A stretch of DNA of 64,000 nt, taken from positions 19,220,001 through 19,284,000 of the forward strand of contig NC_043016.1 in the NCBI RefSeq assembly GCF_006345805.1. Direction: 5' to 3'. This DNA is from Octopus sinensis (Eukaryota). How positions within the stretch are numbered: the first letter of the stretch is position 1; every line of letters begins with the position of its first letter. The notes beneath the pieces were generated by a model. The model ran no database searches. It was not told where the DNA came from and saw nothing but the letters and a program-made list of their open reading frames with translations. Below, piece by piece: positions 27,121-38,580 of the stretch. The translations under genes were made by a program, and so were the position numbers.

Positions 27121-27423
27121 GATTGAGTTGCTGTCTCGCAGATTTTGATATATTTTCCGTTATTTTGTGCCCAACCAAAATATTTAATGAGCTTTCTGCT
27201 GTCAAGGAGAACGGGGATCTTAGTTCTTGACGTCGTTTCTTTTTTCTCGTTCCACTGTTGCACAAACATTTTTTCCCACGTTTTTCTTATTTTCTCTTGT
27301 ATAGTGTCCTTACTTTTAAAAAATATATGCAACGCTTAAACAGAGCCTGAAAGATTGCTTTATGATACAGGGTGTATTTTATAGATACACTTGTACAAGT
27401 ATCATATGAGTAACTCTTTCGAT

Positions 27424-27477
<54 letters not shown>

Positions 27478-27489
27478 ATATAACATAGG

Positions 27490-28890
27490 GAGAATTCACA
27501 ACAAAAAAAGATGAAAGACGGTGATGTAGACAACAAACAGATGTATTAGTTTAACGCTCGGGAAGTGAAAAGGTCTTTAACGCTCTTCCACAGAAAGGAA
27601 CACAGAAAGAAACAAGGACAGAAAATAAAGAATGCGTAGTGGCTAGCGATCTATCATGGCAAATGCCGGACAGAGGTGTCACACAGGAGAACTAGGAAGA
27701 AGGGGAGATAATAAAGTAGTGGTGATCCCAAAACGAAAGTGCACGTGGATGTGTATAAGAGAGCATGTATGTGCGTGTGGAAGAGGGCTGGTGACCTTGA
27801 CGTGTGCGTGTGTGCATGTCTAGGTGTGTGGATGATGGTGTGGGGCTGGGAAGTGGTCAGTACTAGTGTGTGCGTGGTGGTGTGATGTGATGTGGTGTTG
27901 TGTGGTATGGTGGTATATGGTGTGGTGGTGTTGGGATGTGGGGGAGGGGAGAGAGGGGAAAGCAAGGGTGGAGTGTGGGTTAGGCTGAGGGTGGCGGTAG
28001 AGGTGTGGTATATGGGATAGGATGGGATGGGATGAATAGGGAAGGTGGGGTTGGATTGTGTAGGGCTGGGGTTACGAGGGAGGGTTGACGATGAAAAGAG
28101 AGGGGGAAGGGAGAAGATGGGTAGGAGTGAAGAGAGAAGGAGAGTAGGAGGGAAGAGAAGGAGTCGGAGCAAGAGAGGAGAGGTAGGTGGGAGGAAGTAG
28201 GTGTAAGAGGAAGTGAGGAGAGGGGAGGAGGGTTAGATGAAGAGGGGAGGAGAGTTGAGCCCATGTGGCGCAAAGGAGCGAAGAGAGCAAAGACGGAAGT
28301 CCGGAAGGCACCTGTGCAAGGACAATCCGAACACATACAGGTGTTGCAAAGTGGGACCGGTAGAGCGGAAATGGCGCGAGAATGGGGTGTTATTGCCGAG
28401 TCGGATGTCTCGGAGGTGTTCCACGAACCGGTCAGCCAAGCGGCGTCCCGTTTGTCCGTTGTATAGAGAAGGGCAGAGAGAGAGCAGGAGATGCAGTAGA
28501 TGACATTGGTAGAAGTGCAGGTGAAGGAGTCGGTGATATGATAGGGTCGATGATGGGTGTCGATGAGCAGGGTGGTGTTGGAGAGGTAAGGGCAAGTGCG
28601 GCAGCCTGGGCTGGAGCAGGAAAACGAGCCGGGTTGGGAGGTTGGGCCAGGGAAGAAGCTGTAGACGAAGAGGTCTCGTAGGTTGTGGACTCGTTTGAAG
28701 GATGGCGGGGTCGGTTAGGGAAGATGTGCGGAGAGGAGGGTTCGGACTAGAGTCGTCTGGAGGCTCGGAGAATGGTGGGTTGGAGAGGTTGGGTGGTGTG
28801 GTGGTAGGTGAGGGGAATCGGGAGACGACGGGGCGGGTGAGGGGAAAGAGAGCAGATGCACGGTCCACGGAACGTGCTCTGGCAAGGGCA
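27490..28890 (-). mobile_element. Neptune-like Penelope 3' fragment with GIY-YIG, pyrimidine-rich 3' UTR and pLTR
   Basis: FKRVHNLRDLFV...CSSPGCRTCP...SFTCTSTNVIYCISCSLCPSLYNGQTGRRLADRFVEHLRDI...PHGLN; pLTR 27490-27660 is homologous to 38247-38460 and 53170-53345. Confidence 0.9.
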
Positions 28891-28891
28891 T

Positions 28892-29948
28892 ATATAGTGC
28901 GTAAGTTTATTAAGTTCCCACCGTGTTTTTAAATTAAATTTTTTTTAAAGGTTTAATAAAAAAACAACAACTAATTAATCAATAATGTATTCACCCTTGT
29001 TGTTTACAACTTCTTCCCAACGTTCAACAAGACTTACAACAACTCGTTGGTGGTAATCATCCGATTTCGACTCGAAAAATTGATCCAACCACGCTCTCAA
29101 TTCTGCAACAGTATTGAACGAAACTCCGCGCATAGCATTTGAAAGAGATCGAAAGAGGTGGAAATCTGTTGGTACCAAATCAAGAGAGTACGGTGGGTGT
29201 GACAGCACTTCCCAGCCATGCGTTTGAATGGCTTCCTTGGTGATATTGGCGATAAGAGGGCGGGCGTCGTCGTGCAGCAGAAGAACTCCATGTTGACGAT
29301 TAGGTCTTTTCTTTTGAATAGCCGTGTTGAATCATTCCATCTGTTGAGCATAGAGTTCTGCGTTAACCGTTTGGTTCCGTTCAAACAATTTGTAATGGAT
29401 AAATCCTTCCCAGTCACACCATACGCACAATATCGTTTTACGCGGATGAAGATCTTGTTTCACGTGCGGTGTCGCTTGTTTACCGGGGCTAAGCCATTCT
29501 TTATGCTGCTTCATATTGATGTACAAACACCATTTTTCGTCGCCAGTAACGATTCGGTTCATGTGTTGAGCAGTGACGTGCAAGCAAACCAGCGGAAATT
29601 GTGGCTCGTTGCTTTTTGTTGTCACTTAAAGCATGCGGAACCGATGCTCCATACTTCTGAACCTTTCCCATCGAGTGAAGATGCTTCTCTATAGCAGTGT
29701 GGGAGCATTCCATTTTCTCTGCCAGTTCCCTTGTTGTTTGACGAGAATTTTCGTGCAAAAGTTGGTTTAATCGCTCTTCATGGAACTCAACTGGACGGCC
29801 AGAACGAGGTGCGTCTTTGAGGTCAAAATTTCCATTTTTGAACTTGGCATACCAATCACAAGCGGCCCTTTCAGTTATGACACCCTCTCCTTACACAGCA
29901 CAAAGGTTGCGAGCAGCATTTGCGGCCTTGAATCTAGATTAAAAGCAA
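28892..29948 (-). mobile_element. Mariner (DD34D) transposon missing its 5' end
   Basis: AANAARNLC..WYAKFKNGNFDLKDAPRSGRP, IVTGDEKW, and HD-(34 aa)-D within HDDARP...HPPYSLDLVPTDF; disrupted by stops and frameshifts. Confidence 0.93.
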
Positions 29949-30355
29949 CCTCGGAAGATGAAGTGGCCTGCCTATTCTCTTGACTTAAACGCAATAGAAA
30001 GCTTGTGGAGTATTCTAAAGCGATAGATTTACGAGAATGGACGCCGCCAAATTAGAGCAAGGGTGAACTGTGGCAGGTAATAGTGGATGTATCTCGTGTT
30101 ATAATATCAGAGGCGATCCAGACAGTATATACAATGTTCCATAGACCAGCGCTCTTTCCAGGCTACTTCAAACAAAGGCTCATATATCCTTTACCAGTTC
30201 ACCAATCATTTTTGAACGCTGTTTTTTTTTGTTTATTTCTACTTCTTCCCTGTTAATGACTAATATATATTCATTTCATTATGTACATCAAAAATTAAAT
30301 TATTTTCCTGTTTACATGTGTTTTAATTACAATTTGCTAATGATTTGAAACAGTG
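29949..30355 (+). mobile_element. Tc1 (DD34E-type) 3' fragment
   Basis: MKWPAYSLDLNAIESLWSILKR*IYENGR...NKGSYI; the right boundary is approximate. Confidence 0.7.
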
Positions 30356-30535
30356 AAAGTTAACGTAAATTTAGTAAATGGCTATAGTTACTACGTTGTT
30401 TTACAGAGCATCACGTTTTTTTTTTCATACCATGCCCATATAACTGTTGCTATTATCTACTGAATTCCAACGAGAGTTTTTTTTATATGAAATAAAACAT
30501 GTTACGTCGCTAATAATTTAATAATTTGAAACGCA

Positions 30536-30577
<42 letters not shown>

Positions 30578-30578
<1 letters not shown>

Positions 30579-31215
30579 GATGTGGAAGGATTCCGGCCAC
30601 CCCCAAGTGACTAAAAGTTGACCGACACTTTGCTATAAAATAAAGAACTTTGAGCAGTTCTGGGGTAAGCAGTTCACCGCGAGCCGTTGGCAGAGAGCAT
30701 TTAACCTCGTGTAACAGTAATCGTAGTGTGTCGTGTGAATACTTTCTTTCCCCCGCTTTGTTATATTATTTATCCAACACCAGGATACAAAAATAGCGAC
30801 TAGTTGTTTAAAGTTTGCGTTGGTTTTTTGTTCGAAACCAAAGAAAGATTGTTTAACATGGTGGACTTGCAACAGTGACAGCAACAACAAAAATTACAAC
30901 AACAACAAAACCAACAGTTGCTGGAATGTATCTTGAAGAAGTCGTAAAATATTTCAGGTTCTTCGTCGTCAGACAGCGTAGCAAATTCAATTGAAGTATT
31001 CAGACGAAGGGATTTTCTTCTGTGCATATTTTCGAAGATACAAAGAAATCTTCAAAGAAGAATATTAAAATTGTCTGAAGTACAACTACTTTTAAGAAAG
31101 TTATCCCCTGCCGAACACGAAAAATATAGTAACTATATTCTGCCGAAGATATGTTTTGATGGAACAATTTTTTTATCGTGAATTTTCAGTAAAAGAAGTT
31201 CCCTGTTCAATATTC
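30578..31215 (+). mobile_element. Ty3/Gypsy (Mag-like) 5' remnant: LTR-like segment and gag N-terminus
   Basis: QQQQKLQQQQNQQLLECILKK...SVANSIE...LLLRKLSPAEHEKYSNYILPK...IFSKRSSLFN matches Mag-type gag. The upstream segment starts TG, contains tataaaataaa and a PBS-like tagcgactag. Confidence 0.7.
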
Positions 31216-31236
31216 ACTGGCAATGTTTATATATAT

Positions 31237-31659
31237 GAGTGGCTGTGTGGTAAGTAGCTTGTTTACCAACCACATGGTTCCGGGTTCAGTCCCACTGCGT
31301 GGCACATTGGGCAAGTGTCTTCTACTATAGCCTCGGGCCGACCAAAGCCTTGTAAGTGGATTTGGTAGATTTGGTAGATGGAAACTGAAAGAAGCCCGTC
31401 GTATATAGTATATATAATATATGTGTGTGTGTGTGTGTGTGAGTTTTATATCTGTGTTTGTCCCCCCAACATCGCTTGACAACCGATGCTGGTGTGTTTA
31501 TGTCCCCGTCACTTAGCGGTTCGGCAAAGAGACCGATAGAATAAGTACTGGGCTTACAAAGAATAAGTCCGGAGTCGAGTTGCCTCGATTAAAGGCGGTG
31601 CTCCAGCATGGCCGCAGTCAAATGACTGAAACAAGTAAAAGAGTAAAAGAATAAAAGAG

Positions 31660-31660
<1 letters not shown>
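31237..31660 (+). mobile_element. SINE family B, near full-length
   Basis: Head, CORE-like segment, internal TA/TG tract and (gagtaaaa)n tail. Confidence 0.9.
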
Positions 31661-31691
<31 letters not shown>

Positions 31692-31867
31692 TATATATAT
31701 ATATTATACACGCAACACACATTGCAATGAATGGAAACTCACGTAAGATTATCTGTACTAATCCTCTGAACTCTCATGTAATTTCAATAGTTCTTTTGGA
31801 CATATTTCTTTTCCGTAAATCTTGGTCTGGCTCCCTCATATACACACACACGCACGCACGCACGCAT

Positions 31868-31910
<43 letters not shown>

Positions 31911-32425
31911 TGCACTCATGCACGCACACGCACGCACACATACACATACACACGCGCACGCAGACGCATCTTTCTACAGAATTACCGAATAAACAGTAGA
32001 AAAGCATAAATTTCACTGATATATCATAATTTAAATACTTCCAACAGCTGTTTTAATAAGAATAAGCATAATTAATTCAATAATCATGTAATTAAGTTAA
32101 ATGCTTAATGGAAATTAATTGAAATTAAATTAATTCTCAACTAAGCTCATCTCAAATCATTATGAATACTCTTGTGCTAGCAATTTCCGTTGCTGTTTTA
32201 AATCACTTGTATTTAAACAAGCAACAATTTTCTACATTGTAATCTAAATAGACGTTGGTCTTAAGGGTCGTTTTAGCCGATTATGTACATGTATGCAAAA
32301 TTCTTCCGCTGGATTCATTGCAATGTATAATGTATACGAGTTTATACAGTTCTATATTTTTGAGATGAGGAATTCCGTACATTATTTACATTGGACGGAT
32401 ATGTTTCCTCACCTTGTTTGTTGTT

Positions 32426-32471
32426 AACACAACGTTTCGGCTGATTTACTCTCCAGCCTTCATCAGGCGTC
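32426..32471 (-). ncRNA. Minimal type-I hammerhead ribozyme (dimer type) in the inverted pLTR
   Basis: gacgc-CTGATGA-a-ggctg(gagagtaaat)cagcc-GAAAC-GTT-gtgtt: 5-bp stem I (2 G.U), 5-bp stem II, loop-less palindromic stem III AACGTT; one extra A after the core. Confidence 0.75.
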
Positions 32472-33872
32472 CTGGGGATATTCCATTAAGACCATAGTGA
32501 GCGGTAGAGATTCGGCATGCCATGCACTGAGCCGCTTCCTTGTGGATATAATCAGTCCATTAGCAAGTAAGTCAACATCATATGTGAATAATTCCACCCA
32601 TTTCATAGAATTGATCAAGGGTACCCCATTGAATCTAACCAGATGGTGAGTTTAGTGATAAGTCTGTTCACCAAAGTCCCAACTGATGAAGCACTATCGC
32701 TGATTCAAGAAAAACTGGTGACGAACACCTGTCTAAAAGATCGCATTAGTATACCAATAGGAAACTTGATGGAAATGTTGACCTTCTGTGTAGAAACTAC
32801 CTACTTCAGAGTAGATATTCAGATATATCGACAGGATGTGGGTTTAGCTATGGGTTTGCCATTATCATCAATAACAGCCAATATATACATGGAATACTTT
32901 GAGAATTTGGCTTTAGGATCAACACCACTAAAGCCAACCCTATGATTTCGATACGTTGATGACACCTTTATACTGTGGCCCCACCAGGAAGATGTCCAAG
33001 TGCTGTTATATCATGTGAACTCAATAAAGCCATCCATACAGTTCACAATGGAAAAAGAAAAAGACAATCAGCGGGCATTCCTGGACGTATTAATAACACG
33101 CACCAAGTATAGATTCAGGACATCCGTATACCGCAAGCCGACCTTCATTGGACGATACCTCAACTTCAATTTCCACCATCCATACAGTGTAAAGAGAGGG
33201 ATTGCTCTATGTGTAAAACAGCGAACAAAGAATATAAGTAGTGATCCTGATACACACCATGAATAAATGATCAAGCTCAATAATAATCTATTAAGCAACA
33301 ACTACCCCAAAAGTATACTATCCACTCCATTATGAAGAAGAGAGAGGATGAAACTGATAAACTGTCTACAGTCTGCCTATCCTATGTGAAAGACCTCTCC
33401 GAAAAGATACAAAAGATATGCAGCCCATATGACATGAGGACAGTATTCAAGAGTAATACAACACTTCACAAATATCTCCTTCAAGTAAAACCACCAATAG
33501 AAGAAAATATGACCAAAGACTGCGTGTGCTCCATCTCATGCAGCGGTGGTAGGTTATACAAAGATGAACCTCAAAATAAGGGTAGAGGAGCATCGTAAGC
33601 TGTGACTGGAGGAGATGTTGAAAAATCGGGTATAGCTGATCGTGTATGGAAAAATGGAAACCACCTGCCCCATGTGGGATGAAGTTAAAATAATAGACAG
33701 AGAAAACCCTGGAAAATACGAAAACTAAAAGAAACAGCACATATGCTAGGACACAACAACCTCCTAAGCAGACCGAGTGCAGATATGAGCAGCATATGGG
33801 AACCGGTATTAAGGAAGGATAAGAAAATATTAGATTCATAAAAGCCCTAAAATTTACTCTATAACTGCTCAC

Positions 33873-33940
33873 GAGCATATAGCGTAATGGTTAAGAGCGC
33901 GGGCTATTAACCCTAGGATTGCAAGTTCAATTTAAGGCAG
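33873..33940 (+). promoter_or_regulatory. tRNA-like Pol III internal promoter at the start of the 3' pLTR
   Basis: A-box TAGCGTAATGG at 33880-33890, anticodon-like ggg-ctattaa-ccc, and an imperfect B-box GTTCAATTT at 33925-33933. Confidence 0.6.
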
Positions 33941-34013
33941 TAATAATAACATCAGCAAGAAAAAAGAAGCCTTTAGAAATAAGAATCCAGGATTGGGTTT
34001 AAAATTCTACCAG

Positions 34014-34058
34014 AACACCTGATGAAGGCTGGAGAGTAAATCAGACGAAACGTGGTAA
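34014..34058 (+). ncRNA. Hammerhead motif of the 3' pLTR (mutated copy)
   Basis: aacac-CTGATGA(34019-25)-a-ggctg...cagac-GAAAC(34047-51)-gtggt; stem II mismatch and deletions at the cleavage site. Confidence 0.6.
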
Positions 34059-35214
34059 CAACAAACAAGATGAGGACACATCCATCCAGTGTAAAATAAC
34101 GTAAATAATGTATACGAGTTTAATAAGTCTTAATTACTGTGGATATATAATTTTCGATGTTTTATGCATCATTCCTTTTTCATTTCATTCAACACAATTT
34201 TAAGTAACAGCAATTTTGTTAGTCATCAACAATTTTGTGTTTTCTCAAATGCAACAACCTTACTGAGCTATCCGTTGATGGAATTTACTGCTCTTGAATG
34301 AAAGACTTTTCTAAGATCTTTTCAACAGTTATTCTTCTTCTCCTACTCCGTCTATTTCACACTGTGTTCATTACATATTTGATGATTCTGCGGTTAATTT
34401 CTCATTTTTTTCGGCTTTGTTTACAGTGTTGTGTAAATGTAAAGAAACTTAACAACACAATCCCATCGTATAAATGCAACCGAACAAGTTAAAATGACTA
34501 TTTTCTGTATTGTGACCCCCCACCTCACATTTCAATAATTTACTTTAGCATATATATTGAACTCGCATTCCGCTTAAACTCACAATAATTACATTTTATT
34601 TTTCCTGATAATTTGTAAAGCATTTATTGTTAATTTTTCTCTAAGCCAATAACCGAAAACTATGCTCTCCATTTTTTCAGTATGTTGCTTCTTCGCAATA
34701 TGCAAGACTGTATGCACCTTACAATGCATATACCAATTCAAATTATTATCAGAGTGTAAATAAAATGTTTATTACATACATGCATACACATATTTATGTC
34801 ATATACACAAGCTTATGTCATTATCTATTTTATACACAACAATAATATATTCTGTTTTTGAGTTATATCATAACCTAAGCATTTTAACACAATTTGAAAT
34901 TACTTAATTCTTATCTGAAGTCCATTCATTTAGAAATCCTATTATTAAATATTTTCATCTGCTGACGTCCGTCGAGACTCAATTGAATAGCTTGTAGAAA
35001 TCTCTGTTACACTAAGATGCATTATTTCCACGAATAAGAAAAAAATAATAATAAAAGAAGGAAGCCGAACATTTAACAATATTTGTTTAGGGATTTAGTA
35101 TTTACATTTCTATTATGAAACCCTAAATGGTGGGAGTCAGACCTTACATAGCGGCTTTCTCTGTATAACATAAACCACAACCATTAAATTGGCATCTAAA
35201 TAGAAACTCCATAT

Positions 35215-35500
35215 AATATATATGTATGTATACATTCATATATACATACATATACTATATATATCATATATACATATATACTTATATATTCATATACATA
35301 TATACTTATATATATTATATATATATATATATAATATATATATATTATATACATATATATCATATATATATATATATATATATATAGTATATATATATAT
35401 ACATTCATATATACATATATACTTATACATGCGTATATATATAATGTATATATTATATATATAATATATAATATATATATATAGATATATATATATTATG

Positions 35501-35542
<42 letters not shown>

Positions 35543-35545
35543 AAT
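35215..35545. repeat. TA-rich microsatellite
   Basis: Direct reading. Confidence 0.95.
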
Positions 35546-36306
35546 ATATACATGTATACGAACATACACACGTGAGCATAATAATCAAATTATTCATAAT
35601 TCTGAAAAGGATACAGTACAAAGAGATTACAGAGCTTAAATATCACTTATGAAACAATTTCTGACATGTTTTAACTGGTTTTGCTACCCAAGAGGAGTTC
35701 CTCAGAGAATTGAATGTTTACAATATAAACTTTTAAATAGTTTAAGAAAAAATAAAGATAAACGATAGGAAGAATAGAGAAAGAGGAGAGATCAGGAAGA
35801 ACGAATTTTGTGGACGCAAGAATCGTGTGATTGAATTTATAGAGTCTATATACATAAATAATATATATTTATGTAAACATAGATATATGCACACACACAC
35901 ATGCTTGTATAAATAATATGTAAACATACACATATACACACAAACACAGGCGCACATATACATTTAAAAAAAGATAGTCTCAGTTCCTCATTATTCAAAG
36001 TCTAGTGGGCGAAGAACACGTCCATATCATCATATGTTCAGAGAGTGTTGAATTAGAAAGAGGGAAGCAATCCGGTTTAACCTTGAAATTAATATATCTT
36101 GAAGATTCTTGATACTGATAACGTGGCAATTATTAGAAAAACCCAAATATAACTTTACCATACACACTAATATAATATGATATAATATGATATAATGTAA
36201 TCTATCTATCTATCTATATATGTATATATATTTATATTGAGAGAGAGAGGGAGGGAGAGAGAAATAGAAATAGAGAGACTTTCATATACATACATACATA
36301 CATACA

Positions 36307-36354
<48 letters not shown>

Positions 36355-36410
36355 AGTAACTACGCACACAGATACACACAGATAGATAGATAGACACACA
36401 CACATATATA

Positions 36411-37658
36411 CAGTGTGCGTAAGGTTTTTGAGGACATACCTTTTTTGGGTCATTGCTGCATTTTTTGCTAACTCTTGTTTCAGATAATAATGATGGCAGA
36501 CCCTCAGCTTACTCAAGAAATGAAGCGACATTCTGTTATTGTGGTTATAAAGGCTGAGCATAGTGATTTAGAAATATCTCGATATTTAAAGTTGCCAAAC
36601 CTTTCGTCTACAAAGATTTTAAGGAGTCGAGACTGAAGATGGAAACGTATCACAAGTATCAAAGCATAAAATGTATTCCAAACGCTCTGAAATTATCAGA
36701 ACACCTGAATTTATTCATCAAGTTCAATAGACCATTGATTACAATCCCAGAAAGTCCATCAGGTCATTTGTAAAAGATCTCCATGTGTCAGAAGGAACAG
36801 TGAGAAATGTTCTCCACGAAGCCATCAGATATACGTCTTATATGATGAGGAAATGTCAGTTTGTCAGAAAAAGCAAAAAAAAAAAAAAAATCACTACATC
36901 AGATATAAAAGGCTCTTAAGCAAACTAAAATGTCCGGCAGAAGATTTAATTTGTTTTTTATCAAACGAGAAAAGCTTCGACCAAGATCAAAAAGTTAACA
37001 GAAGAAATGACAAATGGCTATGTGCAGACCCTTCTGAAGATCCAGGTGTTATACATAAAAAATTCCTGCAACTGTCATGGTTTTAGGGGTTGTCAGCAAT
37101 GTAGGGCATGTGATGCCTCCTTATTTCTTTCCACAAGGCCTTAGAGTTAATTCTGTCGCCTACATTGAGGTCCTGGAAATAATTGTTAAGCCCTGGATAG
37201 ACAGTGTATGCAATGGAAGGTCATATGTGCTTCAGTAAGACTCTGCACTATCATACATGGCTCTAGTAACACAGGAATGGATAGCTTAAAATTTACATGA
37301 TAATATAACCCCTAATATTTGGCCTCCTAATTTCCCAGATTTCAACCCGTTGGATTATTACACGTAGAGCGTTGTTGAGAGAGAAAGATCAATGAATACG
37401 CCCATAACACCAAAGATTCTTTGAAAGCTGCTATAGTTAGAGTAATGTCCAAAATGAACCAGGACCACTTGATTCGAGCATGTAGATGATTTAGATCTCA
37501 TATAAAAGCAGTTATTGAAGCTGAAGATGGTTTTATTGAATACCATTATAAAAAGGTTTATTTTTATCCTCATAGCATTTTTTGAAAAATAAGGTTACTA
37601 TCTATTGTATATTTGCTTTTTTATAACATAAATCTGTCCTCAAATATTACGCACCCTG
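36411..37658 (+). mobile_element. Full-length but decayed maT (DD37D) transposon, 1248 bp
   Basis: TA|cagtgtgcgtaaggtttttgaggaca ... ctgtcctcaaatattacgcaccctg|TA; ATG at 36493; SNEKSF, then D-(37 aa)-D from DSA to WPPNFPDFNPLDY; several stops and frameshifts. Confidence 0.93.
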
Positions 37659-37699
37659 TATTTACATACATGCATATATATATTTTGTCACACACATAC

Positions 37700-37763
<64 letters not shown>

Positions 37764-37888
37764 TTATATATATATATACTACAGTGTACATTAAAACACA
37801 TTAAAATTGTGTGAAAAACAGCTGTAATGAGCTGACATTTCTCATTTGTCTGTTATTATTCATTTGCTTATATATATATATATATATA

Positions 37889-38191
37889 TATATGGAAAAA
37901 CAAGTCAAGATAGAAAATGCTAAAATAATTTTATAAAGAACATTGTCGTTGTGAATTCACAATGACCTCGAACCCACAAGAGTAAACAAGAGAGACAGAG
38001 ACAGGCAGAAACAAGGAAAATGCCACTTGTATTTGAACACTATACAAATATTCTTTTAAAACACTTTTCTTTTAATTTTTCTAAATTTAATTATTTAATT
38101 GTTGAAAATGTTTCAATGACTGAAACCGGTACTGAAATGTTCTTTATAAAATTATTTTAGCATTTTCTATCTTGACTTGTTTTCCCATATA
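37889..38191 (+). mobile_element. PLE pLTR fold-back unit 3
   Basis: 56-bp inverted arms 37889-37944 and 38136-38191 with 1 mismatch; hammerhead 3' half GAAAC-CG-GTA-ctgaaat at 38122-38138. Confidence 0.65.
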
Positions 38192-38246
38192 AATCAACTC
38201 ATGTGTTCCTTTTCATCCTTATACATATATATAATATATATATATA

Positions 38247-38460
38247 GTTCAAATTTACAGAAAACAAAAGACGAAGACATGTGAGAGAACAACAAGTAAG
38301 TGTATTAGTCTGACACTCTGGAAGAATGGAAAAGCCTTTGAAATTTCGAGCCTCTACGCTCTTTGACAGAAAAGATTGAGAGAAAGAAGATGGAGAGAGA
38401 ACGAAGAAAAGCGAAGAGAGAAAAAAATGTGTAGGGATTAACGGTCCAACATGATGAAAA
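38247..38460 (-). mobile_element. Solitary PLE pLTR (same family as 27490 and 53170)
   Basis: Shares acagaaaacaaaagacgaagac...gtattagt...tttcgagcc(tc)tacgctct...cagaaa. Confidence 0.75.
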
Positions 38461-38462
38461 GA

Positions 38463-38502
<40 letters not shown>

Positions 38503-38580
38503 CTTATATAACTTAGATTGATTTCGGTCATTATAGGCCCAGGCCATGACCAACGCAATAGCACCACCTGGAAAAGCCTT

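Larger units (their letters stand above)
32345..34104 (+). mobile_element. 5'-truncated Poseidon-like Penelope element with inverted 5' pLTR, RT, GIY-YIG, 3' pLTR and TSD
   Basis: PLRP..SLFTKVP..GLAMGLPLS..FRYVDDTF..FLDVLI..VYRKPTFIGRYLNF..KIRKLKETAHM; the pLTR is inverted at 32345-32483 and direct at ~33990-34110; ataatgtatacgagttta occurs at 32327-32344 and 34105-34122. Confidence 0.95.

Noticed and set aside
33068-33878. Minus-strand ORFs 33068..33301 and 33447..33878
   Set aside because: Antisense shadows of the Penelope ORF.
33873-33940. tRNA gene
   Set aside because: No acceptor stem and a broken T-arm; treated as a tRNA-derived promoter instead.
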